DNA of 64,000 nucleotides from Clostridia bacterium (GTDB taxonomy: Bacteria; Bacillota; Clostridia; UBA1381; UMGS1253), in the NCBI GenBank assembly GCA_045578865.1, contig JAZNLB010000025.1, forward strand, positions 9,841-73,840, read 5' to 3'. Positions 46,204 to 56,977 of this stretch are shown here, piece by piece. How positions within the stretch are numbered: the stretch's first letter is position 1; each line of letters opens with the position of its first letter. The notes beneath the pieces were generated by a model. It did not search any database, had not been told where the DNA came from, and saw only the letters and a program-made list of their open reading frames with translations. A program made the translations under genes and the position numbers.

Positions 46204-47364
46204 TTATAGTGTAATTGTTTCTATGCCGGCTACCGCCTTTACAATCAGTTCCTCAATAGGCAGAACCGATTCGGATTTTAAGATGATATCCAGTTTCGGT
46301 TTTGTGGTCGGATGCTTCGGGGTAAATACCGTACAACAATCCTCATAGGGAAGAATGGAAGTTTCAAAAGCACCGATTTTTCTGGAAATTTGCACGATTT
46401 CCTCTTTGTCCATGCCGATAAGAGGGCGAAATACAGGCATATTTACTGCATCGTCTGTTACAGCGAGTGCTTGCAGTGTCTGGCTGGCAACCTGGCCGAG
46501 GCTTTCGCCCGTAATCAATGCTGCACTGCCGTTTTTGCGCGCTACGATTTCGGAAATTTTCATCATAAAGCGGCGCATAATCAATGTCAGATGCTCCTCC
46601 GGACAGTTATCGCGGATGGCAAGTTGAATTTCGGTAAACGGGACGATATGCAGATTGATTTTTGCGGTGTAACCTGCCAAAATTTTTGCAAGGTCCATAA
46701 CCTTTTCCTTTGCGCGTTCGCTTGTGTACGGATAACTAAAAAAGTTAATTGCATCAATTTCCAACCCTCGTTTTGCCATCATATAACCGGCAACGGGGGA
46801 GTCGATTCCGCCCGAGAGCAAAAGGGAGGCTCTGCCGCCCGTTCCGGTTGGCAATCCGCCCTGACCTGTGAGTTTACCGCAGTATACATATGCGGCATAA
46901 TCGCGGATTTCAACCATAACCACACATTCCGGATTGGTTACATTAACGGTTAAATTTTCCACCTTGTCGTGTAAATATCCGCCGACTGCGCGACAAATTT
47001 CAGGCGAGGTGTAGCCAAATTTTTTGTCGGCGCGTCTTGCTTCTACTTTAAAGGTTTTACCACGCAGCGCTTCACCGCAGTATTCAACGGCAGCGTGTTG
47101 GATTTTATTTAAATCTTTTTCTACCACACATGCGCGCGTAACACTGAGTACACCGAAGACCTTTAACAGTTTCTTTGCCACATCATCTATATCCGTATCT
47201 GCGGCGGGTTCAATGTAAATGGTCGCCTGCGCCGCATATATTTTCAGCCCTGGAAAACATGAAAGCGTGCGGCGGATGTTTTTAACGAGCACTGCTTCAA
47301 ATACAGGGCGGTTTAAGCCCTTCAATATAATTTCACCGTATTTTACTAAAAGTATTTCCTGCAT
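46204..47364 (-). CDS. thiI: tRNA 4-thiouridine(8) synthase ThiI
   Basis: A THUMP N-half and the PP-loop LLSGGIDSPVA are present. The gene is paired with a cysteine desulfurase. Confidence 0.9.
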   Translation of the reverse strand: MQEILLVKYGEIILKGLNRPVFEAVLVKNIRRTLSCFPGLKIYAAQATIYIEPAADTDIDDVAKKLLKVFGVLSVTRACVVEKDLNKIQHAAVEYCGEALRGKTFKVEARRADKKFGYTSPEICRAVGGYLHDKVENLTVNVTNPECVVMVEIRDYAAYVYCGKLTGQGGLPTGTGGRASLLLSGGIDSPVAGYMMAKRGLEIDAINFFSYPYTSERAKEKVMDLAKILAGYTAKINLHIVPFTEIQLAIRDNCPEEHLTLIMRRFMMKISEIVARKNGSAALITGESLGQVASQTLQALAVTDDAVNMPVFRPLIGMDKEEIVQISRKIGAFETSILPYEDCCTVFTPKHPTTKPKLDIILKSESVLPIEELIVKAVAGIETITL

Positions 47365-47368
47365 AACA

Positions 47369-48520
47369 TTACCTCACATATTTGCGGATTTGTTCAACTT
47401 CATTTTTAAGGACTTCCAAAACTTGTTGTATTTCATGCACTGTGTTAAATTCACAAAAACTAAAACGCAGAGCACTATCGATTTCCTTTGCATTTCTACC
47501 CATAGCTGTTAAGGTGGGCGATGGCTTTGGTGCGTTGGATGCACATGCAGAGCCTGCGGAAACATAAATATCTTTACTTTCCAGTGCGTGCAACAAGATT
47601 TCCGAGCGCACGCCCAAGAATGATACATTTAATATATTTTCAAGACAAGCGTCATCGCTGTTGATGACAACATCTTCAATCTGCGTTAAAATACCGGCTT
47701 TGAGCATGTCCCGCAGGGCTTTTACTTTTGCCTGCTTTTTTTCTAAATTACTGTATGCCAGTTTTGCCGCAACAGCCAAACTGACGATGCCAGCTACATT
47801 TTCTGTGCCGGAGCGCAAATTGTTTTGCTGATGACCGCCATAGACAATCGGGCGGATTAATGTTTTTTCTTTGACATATAATGCACCGATGCCTTTCGGC
47901 CCATGGATTTTGTGTCCGGAGATACTCATCATATCTATTCCGAGTTTTTCGGGTTTTATTTGGAGTTTTCCGAATGCCTGCACCGCATCAACAAATAAGG
48001 CCGCCTGCGGCGATTTTTGGCGCATCAGCGGTTTTAATTGTTCAATCGGCATGATTGCTCCAACTTCGTTGTTTACATACATCATGCAAACGAGAATGGT
48101 GTCGCCGCGCAGAGCGGCATCGAATTCTGCCATACGGATTCGTCCGTTTTCGTCCACGCCTAAGCTTGTAACCTCAAAGCCTTCGTTTTCGAGTTGCTTT
48201 ACGGTTTCCAAAGTAGCAGGATGCTCTACGGCGGTGGTGATGATATGTTTTCCTCGGCGAGCGTTTGCGCGCGCATAGCCTAAGATAGCTATGTTGTTGC
48301 TTTCGGTGCCGCCGGAGGTAAAGTAGAGTTCTTTTTCTTGCACGCTTAGAATTTCGGCAAGTGTTTGTTTTGCATTTTTTACTTCCTTTTCGGCACGCAT
48401 GCCAAAAGAGTGCAGGGAGGAGGGGTTAGCATAACAGATTTCATTTATATCCAGATATGCTAAATTGACCTCTCTGTATGGCTTTGTTGTGGCCGAGTTA
48501 TCCAAATAGATTTCTAACAT
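47369..48520 (-). CDS. nifS: cysteine desulfurase (NifS/IscS class V aminotransferase)
   Basis: The PLP lysine motif SGHKIHGPKG and the active-site SAGSACAS are present. Confidence 0.9.
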   Translation of the reverse strand: MLEIYLDNSATTKPYREVNLAYLDINEICYANPSSLHSFGMRAEKEVKNAKQTLAEILSVQEKELYFTSGGTESNNIAILGYARANARRGKHIITTAVEHPATLETVKQLENEGFEVTSLGVDENGRIRMAEFDAALRGDTILVCMMYVNNEVGAIMPIEQLKPLMRQKSPQAALFVDAVQAFGKLQIKPEKLGIDMMSISGHKIHGPKGIGALYVKEKTLIRPIVYGGHQQNNLRSGTENVAGIVSLAVAAKLAYSNLEKKQAKVKALRDMLKAGILTQIEDVVINSDDACLENILNVSFLGVRSEILLHALESKDIYVSAGSACASNAPKPSPTLTAMGRNAKEIDSALRFSFCEFNTVHEIQQVLEVLKNEVEQIRKYVR

Positions 48521-48522
48521 AA

Positions 48523-49848
48523 TTATTTCCCCATTGTTTCGTTGATTGCTTTTATGAAGTCTTTGTTCGACTTTGTTCGAACGAGTTTATTTAATATGTC
48601 TTCGGTAATATCTGCGGTGTTCATCCTGCTCATTGCCTTGCGGATTGCCCAAACGGCGCAAAGTTCGTCGCTATCTAAAAGCGATTCGTCGCGGCGTGTG
48701 CCGGACTTTGCGATGTCTATAGCAGGAAAAATGCGCTTTTCCTGTAACTGTCTGTCCAAACGGAGTTCCATATTGCCAGTGCCCTTGAATTCTTCGAAAA
48801 TTACATCATCCATACGGCTGCCGGTTTCTACCAGGGCTGTGGCAAGGATTGTCAAACTGCCGCCCTCTTCAATGTTTCGTGCCGCGCCGAAAAACTTTTT
48901 CGGTCTGTGCAGTGCACCGGGATCCATACCGCCCGAAAGCGTGCGCCCGGTAGAGGGGATGGACAGGTTATAGGCGCGCGTCAAACGCGTGATGGAGTCT
49001 AATAGAATAATTACATCTTTTTTGTGCTCGACTAAGCGCTGTGCGCGTTCGTATACCAGTTCTGCGATTTTGACATGATGCTCCGGTGTTTCGTCGAAGG
49101 TGGAGTACAGTACCTCGCTTTGAATACTGCGTTTCATATCCGTTACTTCTTCCGGGCGCTCATCGATGAGCAATACAATTAGGGTAGCCTCAGGACAGTT
49201 TTTCTCAATACTTTGTGCAATGCCTTTGAGCAGTGTGGTTTTGCCTGCTTTCGGCGGTGCAACGATTAAACCGCGCTGACCATATCCTATTGGTGCAATT
49301 AAATCAATGAGACGGTTCGAGTAGCCGGTTGTTGAAGTTTCCAGACGGATGCGTCTGTCCGGATAAATCGGCGTAAGTGCATCAAATGGTTTTCTGCGTG
49401 TCGCGGTTTCCGGGCGTTCACCGTTGATTTTGTGAATATATAGAAGCGGACTGAATTTGCCTTCTTCGCCGTCACGCAAGGGACGAGCATCTCCGCAAAC
49501 TTCATCGCCGGTCTTTAGATTAAAACGCCGGATTTGTGAGTTTGCGACATAAACATCTTTCGGGCTGGTTTCGTAATTGTCGAAACGGATAAAACCGAAT
49601 CCGTCTTCGTGCACCTCTAAAAAGCCTTTGACTTCATATACATCGCTGCGCCGTTCTTTTTCTTTTATACTCTTTTCTTCGATGGGTTTTTCTTGTGACT
49701 GCTTGGCATTTAATCTTATACATTCTTCTGCGATGCGATCAATGAGCTCACTTTTTTTCAGCATGCTGATTTTGGTTAAACCCAGCTGTTTTGCATATTC
49801 TTTTAATTCCGAGAGCGGTTTGGTTTGCAAAATTTCATAATCCGTCAT
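48523..49848 (-). CDS. rho: transcription termination factor Rho
   Basis: An N-terminal SAP-like helix, a CSD-like RNA-binding segment (GFGFIR), Walker A PPKAGKTT and Walker B VLLIDE are present. The ATG at 49848 follows AAGGATGG. Confidence 0.95.
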   Translation of the reverse strand: MTDYEILQTKPLSELKEYAKQLGLTKISMLKKSELIDRIAEECIRLNAKQSQEKPIEEKSIKEKERRSDVYEVKGFLEVHEDGFGFIRFDNYETSPKDVYVANSQIRRFNLKTGDEVCGDARPLRDGEEGKFSPLLYIHKINGERPETATRRKPFDALTPIYPDRRIRLETSTTGYSNRLIDLIAPIGYGQRGLIVAPPKAGKTTLLKGIAQSIEKNCPEATLIVLLIDERPEEVTDMKRSIQSEVLYSTFDETPEHHVKIAELVYERAQRLVEHKKDVIILLDSITRLTRAYNLSIPSTGRTLSGGMDPGALHRPKKFFGAARNIEEGGSLTILATALVETGSRMDDVIFEEFKGTGNMELRLDRQLQEKRIFPAIDIAKSGTRRDESLLDSDELCAVWAIRKAMSRMNTADITEDILNKLVRTKSNKDFIKAINETMGK

Positions 49849-49861
49849 CCTATACCATCCT

Positions 49862-50554
49862 TTACAAGATTGCAGAAAGCAATGCGTTATTTTCATAGAT
49901 GTGTTTAAAAATGTAAGAAGCATCTTTAGCCGGAGCAAGCCATTCAAATGCCGGCAGTGCGCTCAGTGTAGCTACCAAACTTAGCAGCAAGTAGGAAATG
50001 ACCATGCCGTTGACCAGACCTGCTACTGCGCCTAGAATGCCGTTTAATTGTTTGAGTAAAGGCAATTTGAATATGAGCTCTGCCAAGAAACGCACAAGTC
50101 TGAGTGCGATTAGAAGCGCAATAAATAATATAACGGTGCACAAAACTTTCATATAAGCCGTTGCAAGTGCATCCGCTACGGCTTTTGAGGCGGCTACATT
50201 TGCATTTCGCACAACGAAGTCGCTTTTTAAAAACAGAGATTTTTTCATAAACTCCGGCACGGAGAGAGATTTTAAAATATCCTCAGTAGTGTTGGAGGTT
50301 TCACTTCCTTCAAGTTGCAGTATTTCGTTTACCTTTTCTTCTATTGCCGTTTCAATGGAAATGTGCATTTTTTGCCCGAACGGTAATTGCTCTATGTACT
50401 GTGTAAACGGCGAAGCGAACATGATGGTTAAAGACAGAGTCACAATCAGCGAAAGTAGAGAAAAAGCCGTGCGGATTGCACCGCGACGGATGCCGCGCCA
50501 TATGCAAAAGGCACAAATAGCAAGGATAATGATATCAAGTATGTAATGCACCAT
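49862..50554 (-). CDS. cvpA: CvpA-family membrane protein
   Basis: The product is a 4 to 5 TM protein with an N-terminus typical of the colicin V production family (ILDIIILAICAFCIWRGIRRG). Confidence 0.72.
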   Translation of the reverse strand: MVHYILDIIILAICAFCIWRGIRRGAIRTAFSLLSLIVTLSLTIMFASPFTQYIEQLPFGQKMHISIETAIEEKVNEILQLEGSETSNTTEDILKSLSVPEFMKKSLFLKSDFVVRNANVAASKAVADALATAYMKVLCTVILFIALLIALRLVRFLAELIFKLPLLKQLNGILGAVAGLVNGMVISYLLLSLVATLSALPAFEWLAPAKDASYIFKHIYENNALLSAIL

Positions 50555-50572
50555 GTTTCTCTCCTCTCATAA

Positions 50573-51778
50573 TTATTTTGCTAAAAGTATGTCGAACACA
50601 ATGTTGTTTGCACCTAAAAAATTCTGGCCGTTTGCAAACAGGCAGATGTCATCATAGGTTTTCGGTAGTGTTACATCATATAAATGCTTAGCGTTGGTGC
50701 GATAGACGGAAAGTGTACTGCCGCCCTCTACGGCAATTATGTTGCCTGTAAGACTGATATCGCCGGTGTTTTTCAAGTTTTCTAATTTGCCGATACACTT
50801 GCCGTCGGTTTTAAGGATGTGCAATGTCTGTGTCGCATCTTCCGCCTGTGTCAAAACGGCAAGTTTGTCTGTGTAAAAACTAATGCGTACAAGGGCATCC
50901 GGTGTCAGCGCATATTGCCAGGATTGTGCGCCGTTTAAACCGGAATAAGCGCGGATATGCGTGTCCGTAACGACAATATATCTGCCGCCGGCGTAGTAAA
51001 TGCTTGTCGCCATACTGTTTTCAAAATTATAGGTCTTATATGGAGCCGTTTCGTGCAGCTTAAATAAAAGCACGGCAGATGAATAACTTGCATCTTGCGT
51101 TTGTGCATTTGCAGTTTGCGGTATTGCTGATAAAGTGGTGATTGCAATTTGCGAAGCACGGTCGTTGAAAGTGACATCTAAAATATAGGAAGATCCGGAA
51201 TGCCATACGAACTTATCCTTGTTTTTGGAGTCGCGAATGACCAAACGCCCCTTGTAATATGGCTCGTCTTCCACTAAAAAGAATGTACCATTTCTGGCAA
51301 CGCCGGCATTAAGAATATTATATGTTGTATTTGCTTCAATTACGATTTTTCCGTTGTGGATTAAAAGATAGTCTTTGGTATTTCTGCCTGCAATCAAAAC
51401 ATAACTGCCGTTGACTTTAATAAACGGATTGAGCAGATTAATCTCATGTTTCCACTCGGGCTCGCCTTTTGTGTTGTAATAGCATACCTCGCTGCGAGAT
51501 GCCAAGACGATACCGCTTTTGTACGGGGCATATACCAAGTCGCCTTCTTCGGTGTTGACGGTGGTGGTAGTCAGGACATGTGCAGCGATTTTAGCATCGG
51601 TAACATGCAGATTCGTATAGATGTTTTTGTATATAAAAACCGCAAATACGGTTATCAAAACAAGCGCAACGGTGCCTATGGAAAACCAAAGCCATTTTCT
51701 GTTTTTCTTTGGTTGGTTTTCTTTAAAACTTACAGCATCTATGCCATCAAAAAGTTTTCTTCTGTCCGGTGTAGACAT
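50573..51778 (-). CDS. single-pass membrane-anchored protein with a beta-rich (propeller-like) ectodomain, function unknown (possibly DUF5711-like)
   Basis: A basic N-terminus and one TM (WLWFSIGTVALVLITVFAVFIY) are followed by about 340 aa of repeated beta-strand-like segments. The family name is from memory only. Confidence 0.55.
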   Translation of the reverse strand: MSTPDRRKLFDGIDAVSFKENQPKKNRKWLWFSIGTVALVLITVFAVFIYKNIYTNLHVTDAKIAAHVLTTTTVNTEEGDLVYAPYKSGIVLASRSEVCYYNTKGEPEWKHEINLLNPFIKVNGSYVLIAGRNTKDYLLIHNGKIVIEANTTYNILNAGVARNGTFFLVEDEPYYKGRLVIRDSKNKDKFVWHSGSSYILDVTFNDRASQIAITTLSAIPQTANAQTQDASYSSAVLLFKLHETAPYKTYNFENSMATSIYYAGGRYIVVTDTHIRAYSGLNGAQSWQYALTPDALVRISFYTDKLAVLTQAEDATQTLHILKTDGKCIGKLENLKNTGDISLTGNIIAVEGGSTLSVYRTNAKHLYDVTLPKTYDDICLFANGQNFLGANNIVFDILLAK

Positions 51779-51780
51779 GA

Positions 51781-52530
51781 TTATTTCTCCTTGCTTTCGT
51801 ATTCAGTCTTTGCCATATACAAGCCTTGCGGTGGTGCGGTTATACCCGCAGTTTCGCGATTGCGACTTTTTATGATTTCGGTAATTGCCTCCGGCGTGAT
51901 GCGATCGCAACCGACATAGGCGAGTGTGCCGGCAATAATGCGAACCATATTATACAAAAATCCGCTGCCGCAGACGGTGATTGTAAACATATCGCCGTCC
52001 TGTTCTACGGTTAAATCATAAATCGTGCGTTCAAAATCAGTTACGGTTGCGCCGCTGGCGCAAAAGGCTTCAAAATTGTGTGTGCCTAAAAAGTATTTGG
52101 CAGCAGTTTGCATTTTCTTAATATCCAGTTTATATGGAAAATGCCATGTGTACGGCAAGTCAAATACATTCGGTATTTTTGCCGTTTGAATCTTGTAAAT
52201 ATAGGTCTTTTTTACAACATCAAATTGTGCGTGAAATGTATCATGAACCGTTTTTGCCCCGTGCACACGAACGCATATGGGCAGTTTTGTATTCAGAGCG
52301 GCTGGAAAACTTTCGTCAGGAATGGATGCGTCAGTCATAAAATTGCACACATATGCGAGTGCGTGTACACCTGCATCTGTTCTGCCGCAACCGATTACAG
52401 TTGTTTTTTTGCCTGTAAGCGCAAACAGAGCATCTTCCAGAAGTTGTTGCACTGTCATTGCATCTTTTTGTCGTTGCCAACCATGCAGCGTAGTGCCGTC
52501 GTATTGAATTGTCAGACAGACATTTCTCAT
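51781..52530 (-). CDS. truA: tRNA pseudouridine(38-40) synthase TruA
   Basis: YDGTTLHGWQRQ and GRTDAGVHA (catalytic Asp) are present. Confidence 0.93.
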   Translation of the reverse strand: MRNVCLTIQYDGTTLHGWQRQKDAMTVQQLLEDALFALTGKKTTVIGCGRTDAGVHALAYVCNFMTDASIPDESFPAALNTKLPICVRVHGAKTVHDTFHAQFDVVKKTYIYKIQTAKIPNVFDLPYTWHFPYKLDIKKMQTAAKYFLGTHNFEAFCASGATVTDFERTIYDLTVEQDGDMFTITVCGSGFLYNMVRIIAGTLAYVGCDRITPEAITEIIKSRNRETAGITAPPQGLYMAKTEYESKEK

Positions 52531-52540
52531 AAGTATATCC

Positions 52541-53356
52541 TCAAATTAGAAAAGACAGTGTGCCGATGTATACCGCAATACCGAGCACAATCGCGGTAAA
52601 GAGAGCGGAAAACACATCGTTTTTTTTGATTTTGATTTCTTTCATGCGTGTTCTATGGTCACCGCCGTTGTAACAACGCGCCTCCATCGCCATCGCCAAA
52701 TCATCTGCACGGCGAAAGGCACTGATAAAGAGCGGTACGAGCAGAGGAATCAATGCTTTTGCTCGTTGAAGTAAGTTGCCGGATTCAAAATCCGCACCGC
52801 GCGCAGTCTGCGCTTTCATAATCTTTTCGGTTTCTTCTAAAAGTGTGGGAATAAAACGGATGGCGATTGACATCATCATCGCAAGTTCTTGTGCCGGAAC
52901 GCCGATTTTTTTGAGCGGAGAAAGCAATTTTTCGATGCCGTCGGTCAGAGAGAGCGGCGATGTGGTTAATGTCAGTACCGAAGTGCCCATAATCAGAAAA
53001 ATCAAGCGCACAACCATCTGTGCGGCTGTTTTTATGCCCTCATAGGTTATGACAAGCGGGGTGTAGGGGATTTGTATCCAGATTTTGCCCGGTGTCATAA
53101 ACAGATTAATAATGCCTGTAAACACGATAATAAACATAATCGGTTTTAAGCCTTTGAGCACATAGAGCATGGGCAGTTGCGCCAATGAAATGACTGCAAG
53201 TGTAAACAGAGCAATCAACAAAAAACCTGTGAAGTTTTGTATGAAAAACAGTAAAATAATATACAAAAGCGTCAGCAGTATCTTAATGCGAGGGTCTAAA
53301 CGGTGCACAAAGGAGCTGCCAGGATAATATTGTCCCAATGTAATATCTTTAAACAT
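52541..53356 (-). CDS. ecfT: ECF transporter transmembrane (T) component
   Basis: The product is polytopic, with the conserved ARG..R coupling helices (AQTARGADF, AMAMEARCY). Confidence 0.9.
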   Translation of the reverse strand: MFKDITLGQYYPGSSFVHRLDPRIKILLTLLYIILLFFIQNFTGFLLIALFTLAVISLAQLPMLYVLKGLKPIMFIIVFTGIINLFMTPGKIWIQIPYTPLVITYEGIKTAAQMVVRLIFLIMGTSVLTLTTSPLSLTDGIEKLLSPLKKIGVPAQELAMMMSIAIRFIPTLLEETEKIMKAQTARGADFESGNLLQRAKALIPLLVPLFISAFRRADDLAMAMEARCYNGGDHRTRMKEIKIKKNDVFSALFTAIVLGIAVYIGTLSFLI

Positions 53357-53359
53357 AGT

Positions 53360-54205
53360 TTAATCCTTCTTTAGAAGTTTTAGTATTGCATTTGTTGCAT
53401 CTTCTACTGTGTAGATATCTGCCGAAATATTCAAGCCTTTCTCACGAAGCCCGTTAATGATGTAGCTGATTTGCGGTGCGTTGAGACCGATGCTTGTAAG
53501 CAGAGTGGTATCAGAGAAAATTTCGGAAACTGTGCCGGTGCGGATGACAGTTGCATCGTTCATTACAATGATGCGTTTTGCAATCCTCGCCACATCCTCC
53601 ATACTGTGAGATACCAAAACAATGGTCATGCCACATTCGTTTAGCTTTGATATTAAATCTAAAAGTTCATCTCTGCCTGCCGGGTCTAAGCCTGCGGTCG
53701 GCTCGTCCAACACGAGTACTTGTGGTTCCATAGCAAGTACGCCTGCAATAGCTACACGGCGTTTTTCGCCGCCGGAGAGTTCAAAAGGTGATTTGTCTAA
53801 AAGAGACGGCTTTAAACCAACAGAGATGCATGCGCTGTGCACCCGGTCTTCAACCTCTGCTTCGGACAGTCCCATGTTTTTAGGACCGAATGCAATATCT
53901 TTCCGAACGGTCTCCTCCATAAGTTGGTGTTCCGGATACTGAAATACTAATCCGACTTTTTGTCGGATTTGCTTTAAATTCAGTTTTGGGGTTGATAAAT
54001 CCACACCATCTACATAAACCTTGCCGGAAGTTGGCTTTTCAAGTCCGTTAAAATGCTGAATTAATGTAGATTTACCGCTACCCGTGTGACCGATAATGGC
54101 CACGAGTTCGCCTTCGTGAATTTCCAAGTTAATATCTCGAAGTGCCGTTTTTTCAAACGGGGAACCGCTTTGGTATATATGACATAAATTTTCACACTTA
54201 ATCAT
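53360..54205 (-). CDS. ecfA2: ECF transporter ATPase EcfA2
   Basis: GHTGSGKST, LSGGEKRRVAIA and LVLDEPTAGLD are present. The start overlaps the ecfA1 stop (ATGA). Confidence 0.9.
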   Translation of the reverse strand: MIKCENLCHIYQSGSPFEKTALRDINLEIHEGELVAIIGHTGSGKSTLIQHFNGLEKPTSGKVYVDGVDLSTPKLNLKQIRQKVGLVFQYPEHQLMEETVRKDIAFGPKNMGLSEAEVEDRVHSACISVGLKPSLLDKSPFELSGGEKRRVAIAGVLAMEPQVLVLDEPTAGLDPAGRDELLDLISKLNECGMTIVLVSHSMEDVARIAKRIIVMNDATVIRTGTVSEIFSDTTLLTSIGLNAPQISYIINGLREKGLNISADIYTVEDATNAILKLLKKD

Positions 54206-55035
54206 AACAGTTTTATAATCTCCTCTACACATTCCTCTGCAAAGATGATGTCATTACGAACCGGCAGACCGGCTGCAAACAATGCCTGTGCTAGCGCCGT
54301 TGCTTGCGGAATGTCCAGACCCGCCAGTTGCAAAAGGTCAGCGCGTGCAAAAATTTCACGCGGTGTACCTTCTATAAAAATTTTGCCGTCGCGCAGGACA
54401 ATAATTCTGTCTGCCTGTGCGGCTTCGTCCATGTAATGTGTAATCAATACAACGCTCATACCGAGTTCGCGATTGAGTTTTTTAATGGTGGCAAGCACCT
54501 CGCGGCGACCGATAGGGTCGAGCATCGCCGTCGGCTCGTCTAAGATGATGTATTTTGGTTGCATTGCCAAAATGCCGGCGATTGCAATGCGTTGTTTTTG
54601 TCCGCCGGATAAGTGATGCGGGGCGGACAGTCTCTTTGCGTACATATCGACTGCTTTGAGCGCATCGTCTACGCGTGTGCGGATGGTTTTAGGCTCTACC
54701 CCTAAATTTTCAGGCGCAAATGCCACATCATCCTCCACGACTGCGGCAACAATTTGGTTGTCCGGATTTTGAAATACCATACCGACCTGCTTTCTGATTT
54801 CAAAAAGCAGGGCTTCATCGGCGGTATCCAGTTTGTTTACATATACACGCCCGCCGCTCGGCAATAAAATAGCATTAAAGTGCTTTGCGAGCGTAGATTT
54901 ACCGCTGCCGTTGTGTCCGACGATTGCAACGAATTCGCCGTCACCAATATGTAAGTTGACATCAGTTAAAACGGTTTTCGGTGCGGTATCTTCGTCGCCG
55001 TGATATGTGTGTGTTAAATTTTGTGTCTGTATCAT
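54202..55035 (-). CDS. ecfA1: ECF transporter ATPase EcfA1
   Basis: GHNGSGKST, LSGGQKQRIAIA and IILDEPTAMLD are present. Confidence 0.9.
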   Translation of the reverse strand: MIQTQNLTHTYHGDEDTAPKTVLTDVNLHIGDGEFVAIVGHNGSGKSTLAKHFNAILLPSGGRVYVNKLDTADEALLFEIRKQVGMVFQNPDNQIVAAVVEDDVAFAPENLGVEPKTIRTRVDDALKAVDMYAKRLSAPHHLSGGQKQRIAIAGILAMQPKYIILDEPTAMLDPIGRREVLATIKKLNRELGMSVVLITHYMDEAAQADRIIVLRDGKIFIEGTPREIFARADLLQLAGLDIPQATALAQALFAAGLPVRNDIIFAEECVEEIIKLL

Positions 55036-55053
55036 GTGGATTCACTTCCGCCA

Positions 55054-55923
55054 TTATTTTTCCTGCCAACGACCCGAAATGCCGCAGGGGAGCACAAGTC
55101 CGCTTTTGGCGGTCATCGGTATGCCGACTTCATCGGCGGTGATTTTGCCGCCGAAACGGTCCTTTAAAATCAGAGAGAGTACATTGGTTAAAACTGTCTG
55201 AGAAAGACCGGTTGTATAGGAGTTGATTAAGAAGAAGAGCGGTTTGTCTGCCAGAATCTCGCTGCACGCTGTCACAAGCGAATACAGTTCGTTTTCGATT
55301 TTGAATACTTCGCCGCCCGGACCGCGACCATAAGAAGGCGGGTCCATGATGATTGCCTCGTAATACTTGCCGCGTCGTTTTTCACGCGCAACAAATTTTA
55401 ACACATCGTCTACGATATAGCGCACGGGGGCATCGGTAAGTCCGGTTGCAGCAACATTTTCCTTTGCCCAGGAAACCATGCCTTTTGAGGCATCCACATG
55501 CGTTACGCTTGCGCCTGCCTTTAATGCGGCAACGGTAGCGCCGCCGGTGTAGGCAAACAAATTCAGCACTCGAATCGGACGCTCGGCCTTTTGTATTAAA
55601 TCGGAAAACCATGTCCAGTTGACGGCTTGCTCCGGAAAAAGTCCGGTGTGCTTAAAGCCCATCGGCTTAATGCAAAAACGCAGATTTTCAAAGTTAATTT
55701 CCCAGCGCTCTTTCATCCTTTTGTTGTGAAATTCCCAATGACCGCCGCCTGTGCTCGAACGATGGTATACCGCATCTGCTTTGTCCCAAAGTGGGGAGGT
55801 GCGTACATTCCATACTGCCTGCGGATCAGGTCGTCTTAAAATATACTTTCCCCAGCGCTCAAGTTTTTCTCCGAAGGCGCTGTCAATCAATTCATAATCT
55901 TGCCATTTATCTGCTTTCCACAT
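55054..55923 (-). CDS. class I SAM-dependent (rRNA large-subunit RlmI/RlmK-like) methyltransferase
   Basis: SAM motif I LNLFAYTGGATVAA and motif IV IIMDPPSYG are present. Confidence 0.8.
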   Translation of the reverse strand: MWKADKWQDYELIDSAFGEKLERWGKYILRRPDPQAVWNVRTSPLWDKADAVYHRSSTGGGHWEFHNKRMKERWEINFENLRFCIKPMGFKHTGLFPEQAVNWTWFSDLIQKAERPIRVLNLFAYTGGATVAALKAGASVTHVDASKGMVSWAKENVAATGLTDAPVRYIVDDVLKFVAREKRRGKYYEAIIMDPPSYGRGPGGEVFKIENELYSLVTACSEILADKPLFFLINSYTTGLSQTVLTNVLSLILKDRFGGKITADEVGIPMTAKSGLVLPCGISGRWQEK

Positions 55924-55997
55924 ACTTTGTAACTCCCAAAGTTCTTAATATAAATATTCATAATATTATACCACTTTTTCTGTATTCAAGTCAATAT

Positions 55998-56036
55998 AAA
56001 AACCGCTTGTTTTCACGAAGAAAAAAGCGGTTTTTT
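55998..56036 (-). terminator. rho-independent terminator after spo0A
   Basis: The stem is aaaaaccgctt / aagcggttttt. Confidence 0.8.
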
Positions 56037-56049
56037 GTGCGTAATAAAT

Positions 56050-56841
56050 TTACATCTGTAAACGCAGATGGTCTGCAAGCATTGCGATAAATTCCGAATT
56101 GGTTGGTTTGCCTTTTTCGGCAGAGATGGTGTAACCGAACAATCGCTCCATCGTTTCTACATGGCCGCGGTTCCAGGCAACCTCAATCGCATGTCGAATA
56201 GCGCGTTCAATACGGCTCGGTGTAGTTTTATACATCTTTGCGAGGTCGGGATAGAGTTGTTTTGTGATATGGTTTATAACCTCAATATTTTCTATTGCCA
56301 TTAAAATGGCACTGCGGATAAACTGATAGCCTTTGATGTGTGCCGGAATGCCGATGTCATGAATCAGTGAGGTTACCGTGCGCTCCAGGTCCTTCGGTTT
56401 CAGAGTTGTATGTACCGGTGCGTTCTTTGTGATTGTCTGCACAGGCGATTTTGTCGGCGCTTGCATTCCTGCCAGTTCAAATATGCGCTCGGAGAGCGAT
56501 TCCATTTCAAATGGTTTGAGCATATAATATGCGCTTCCGAGTTCCATTGCTTTTTGCGTGGCGTGCGGCTGACTGACCGCGGAAAGCATCATGCACACCG
56601 GTTTCTTTTCCAGTGGGGTATTGCGGATTTTTTGCAACACACCCAACCCGTCGAGTCTGGGCATAATCATGTCCAAAAGCAAAACATCCGGCTTTAAGTC
56701 GCGCACCATTTCCACGGCTTCGTGGCCGTTGTAGGCAGTGCCGCTGACATGAATACCGTCTACGGCATCGAGATAGTTTTTGACGGATTTTACAAAATCC
56801 TCGCTGTCGTCTGCCAATACTACTGAAATCTGTTTGTTCAT
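56050..56841 (-). CDS. spo0A: sporulation master regulator Spo0A
   Basis: A receiver domain (VVLADDS..., [12 protein letters not shown]) is followed by the Spo0A-specific C-domain ([17 protein letters not shown]..., [21 protein letters not shown]). Confidence 0.96.
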   Translation of the reverse strand: MNKQISVVLADDSEDFVKSVKNYLDAVDGIHVSGTAYNGHEAVEMVRDLKPDVLLLDMIMPRLDGLGVLQKIRNTPLEKKPVCMMLSAVSQPHATQKAMELGSAYYMLKPFEMESLSERIFELAGMQAPTKSPVQTITKNAPVHTTLKPKDLERTVTSLIHDIGIPAHIKGYQFIRSAILMAIENIEVINHITKQLYPDLAKMYKTTPSRIERAIRHAIEVAWNRGHVETMERLFGYTISAEKGKPTNSEFIAMLADHLRLQM

Positions 56842-56977
56842 TTTGATGTCCTCCTAAAAAATGTAAAATATTTCCAGTAAATTCATCATAACATAAAACA
56901 TTCTAAAAATCAAGATGAAATTTACAATTTATGGAAAAAGTTGTAAATTAGATAGACAAAGCGCAGATGACTCTTCG

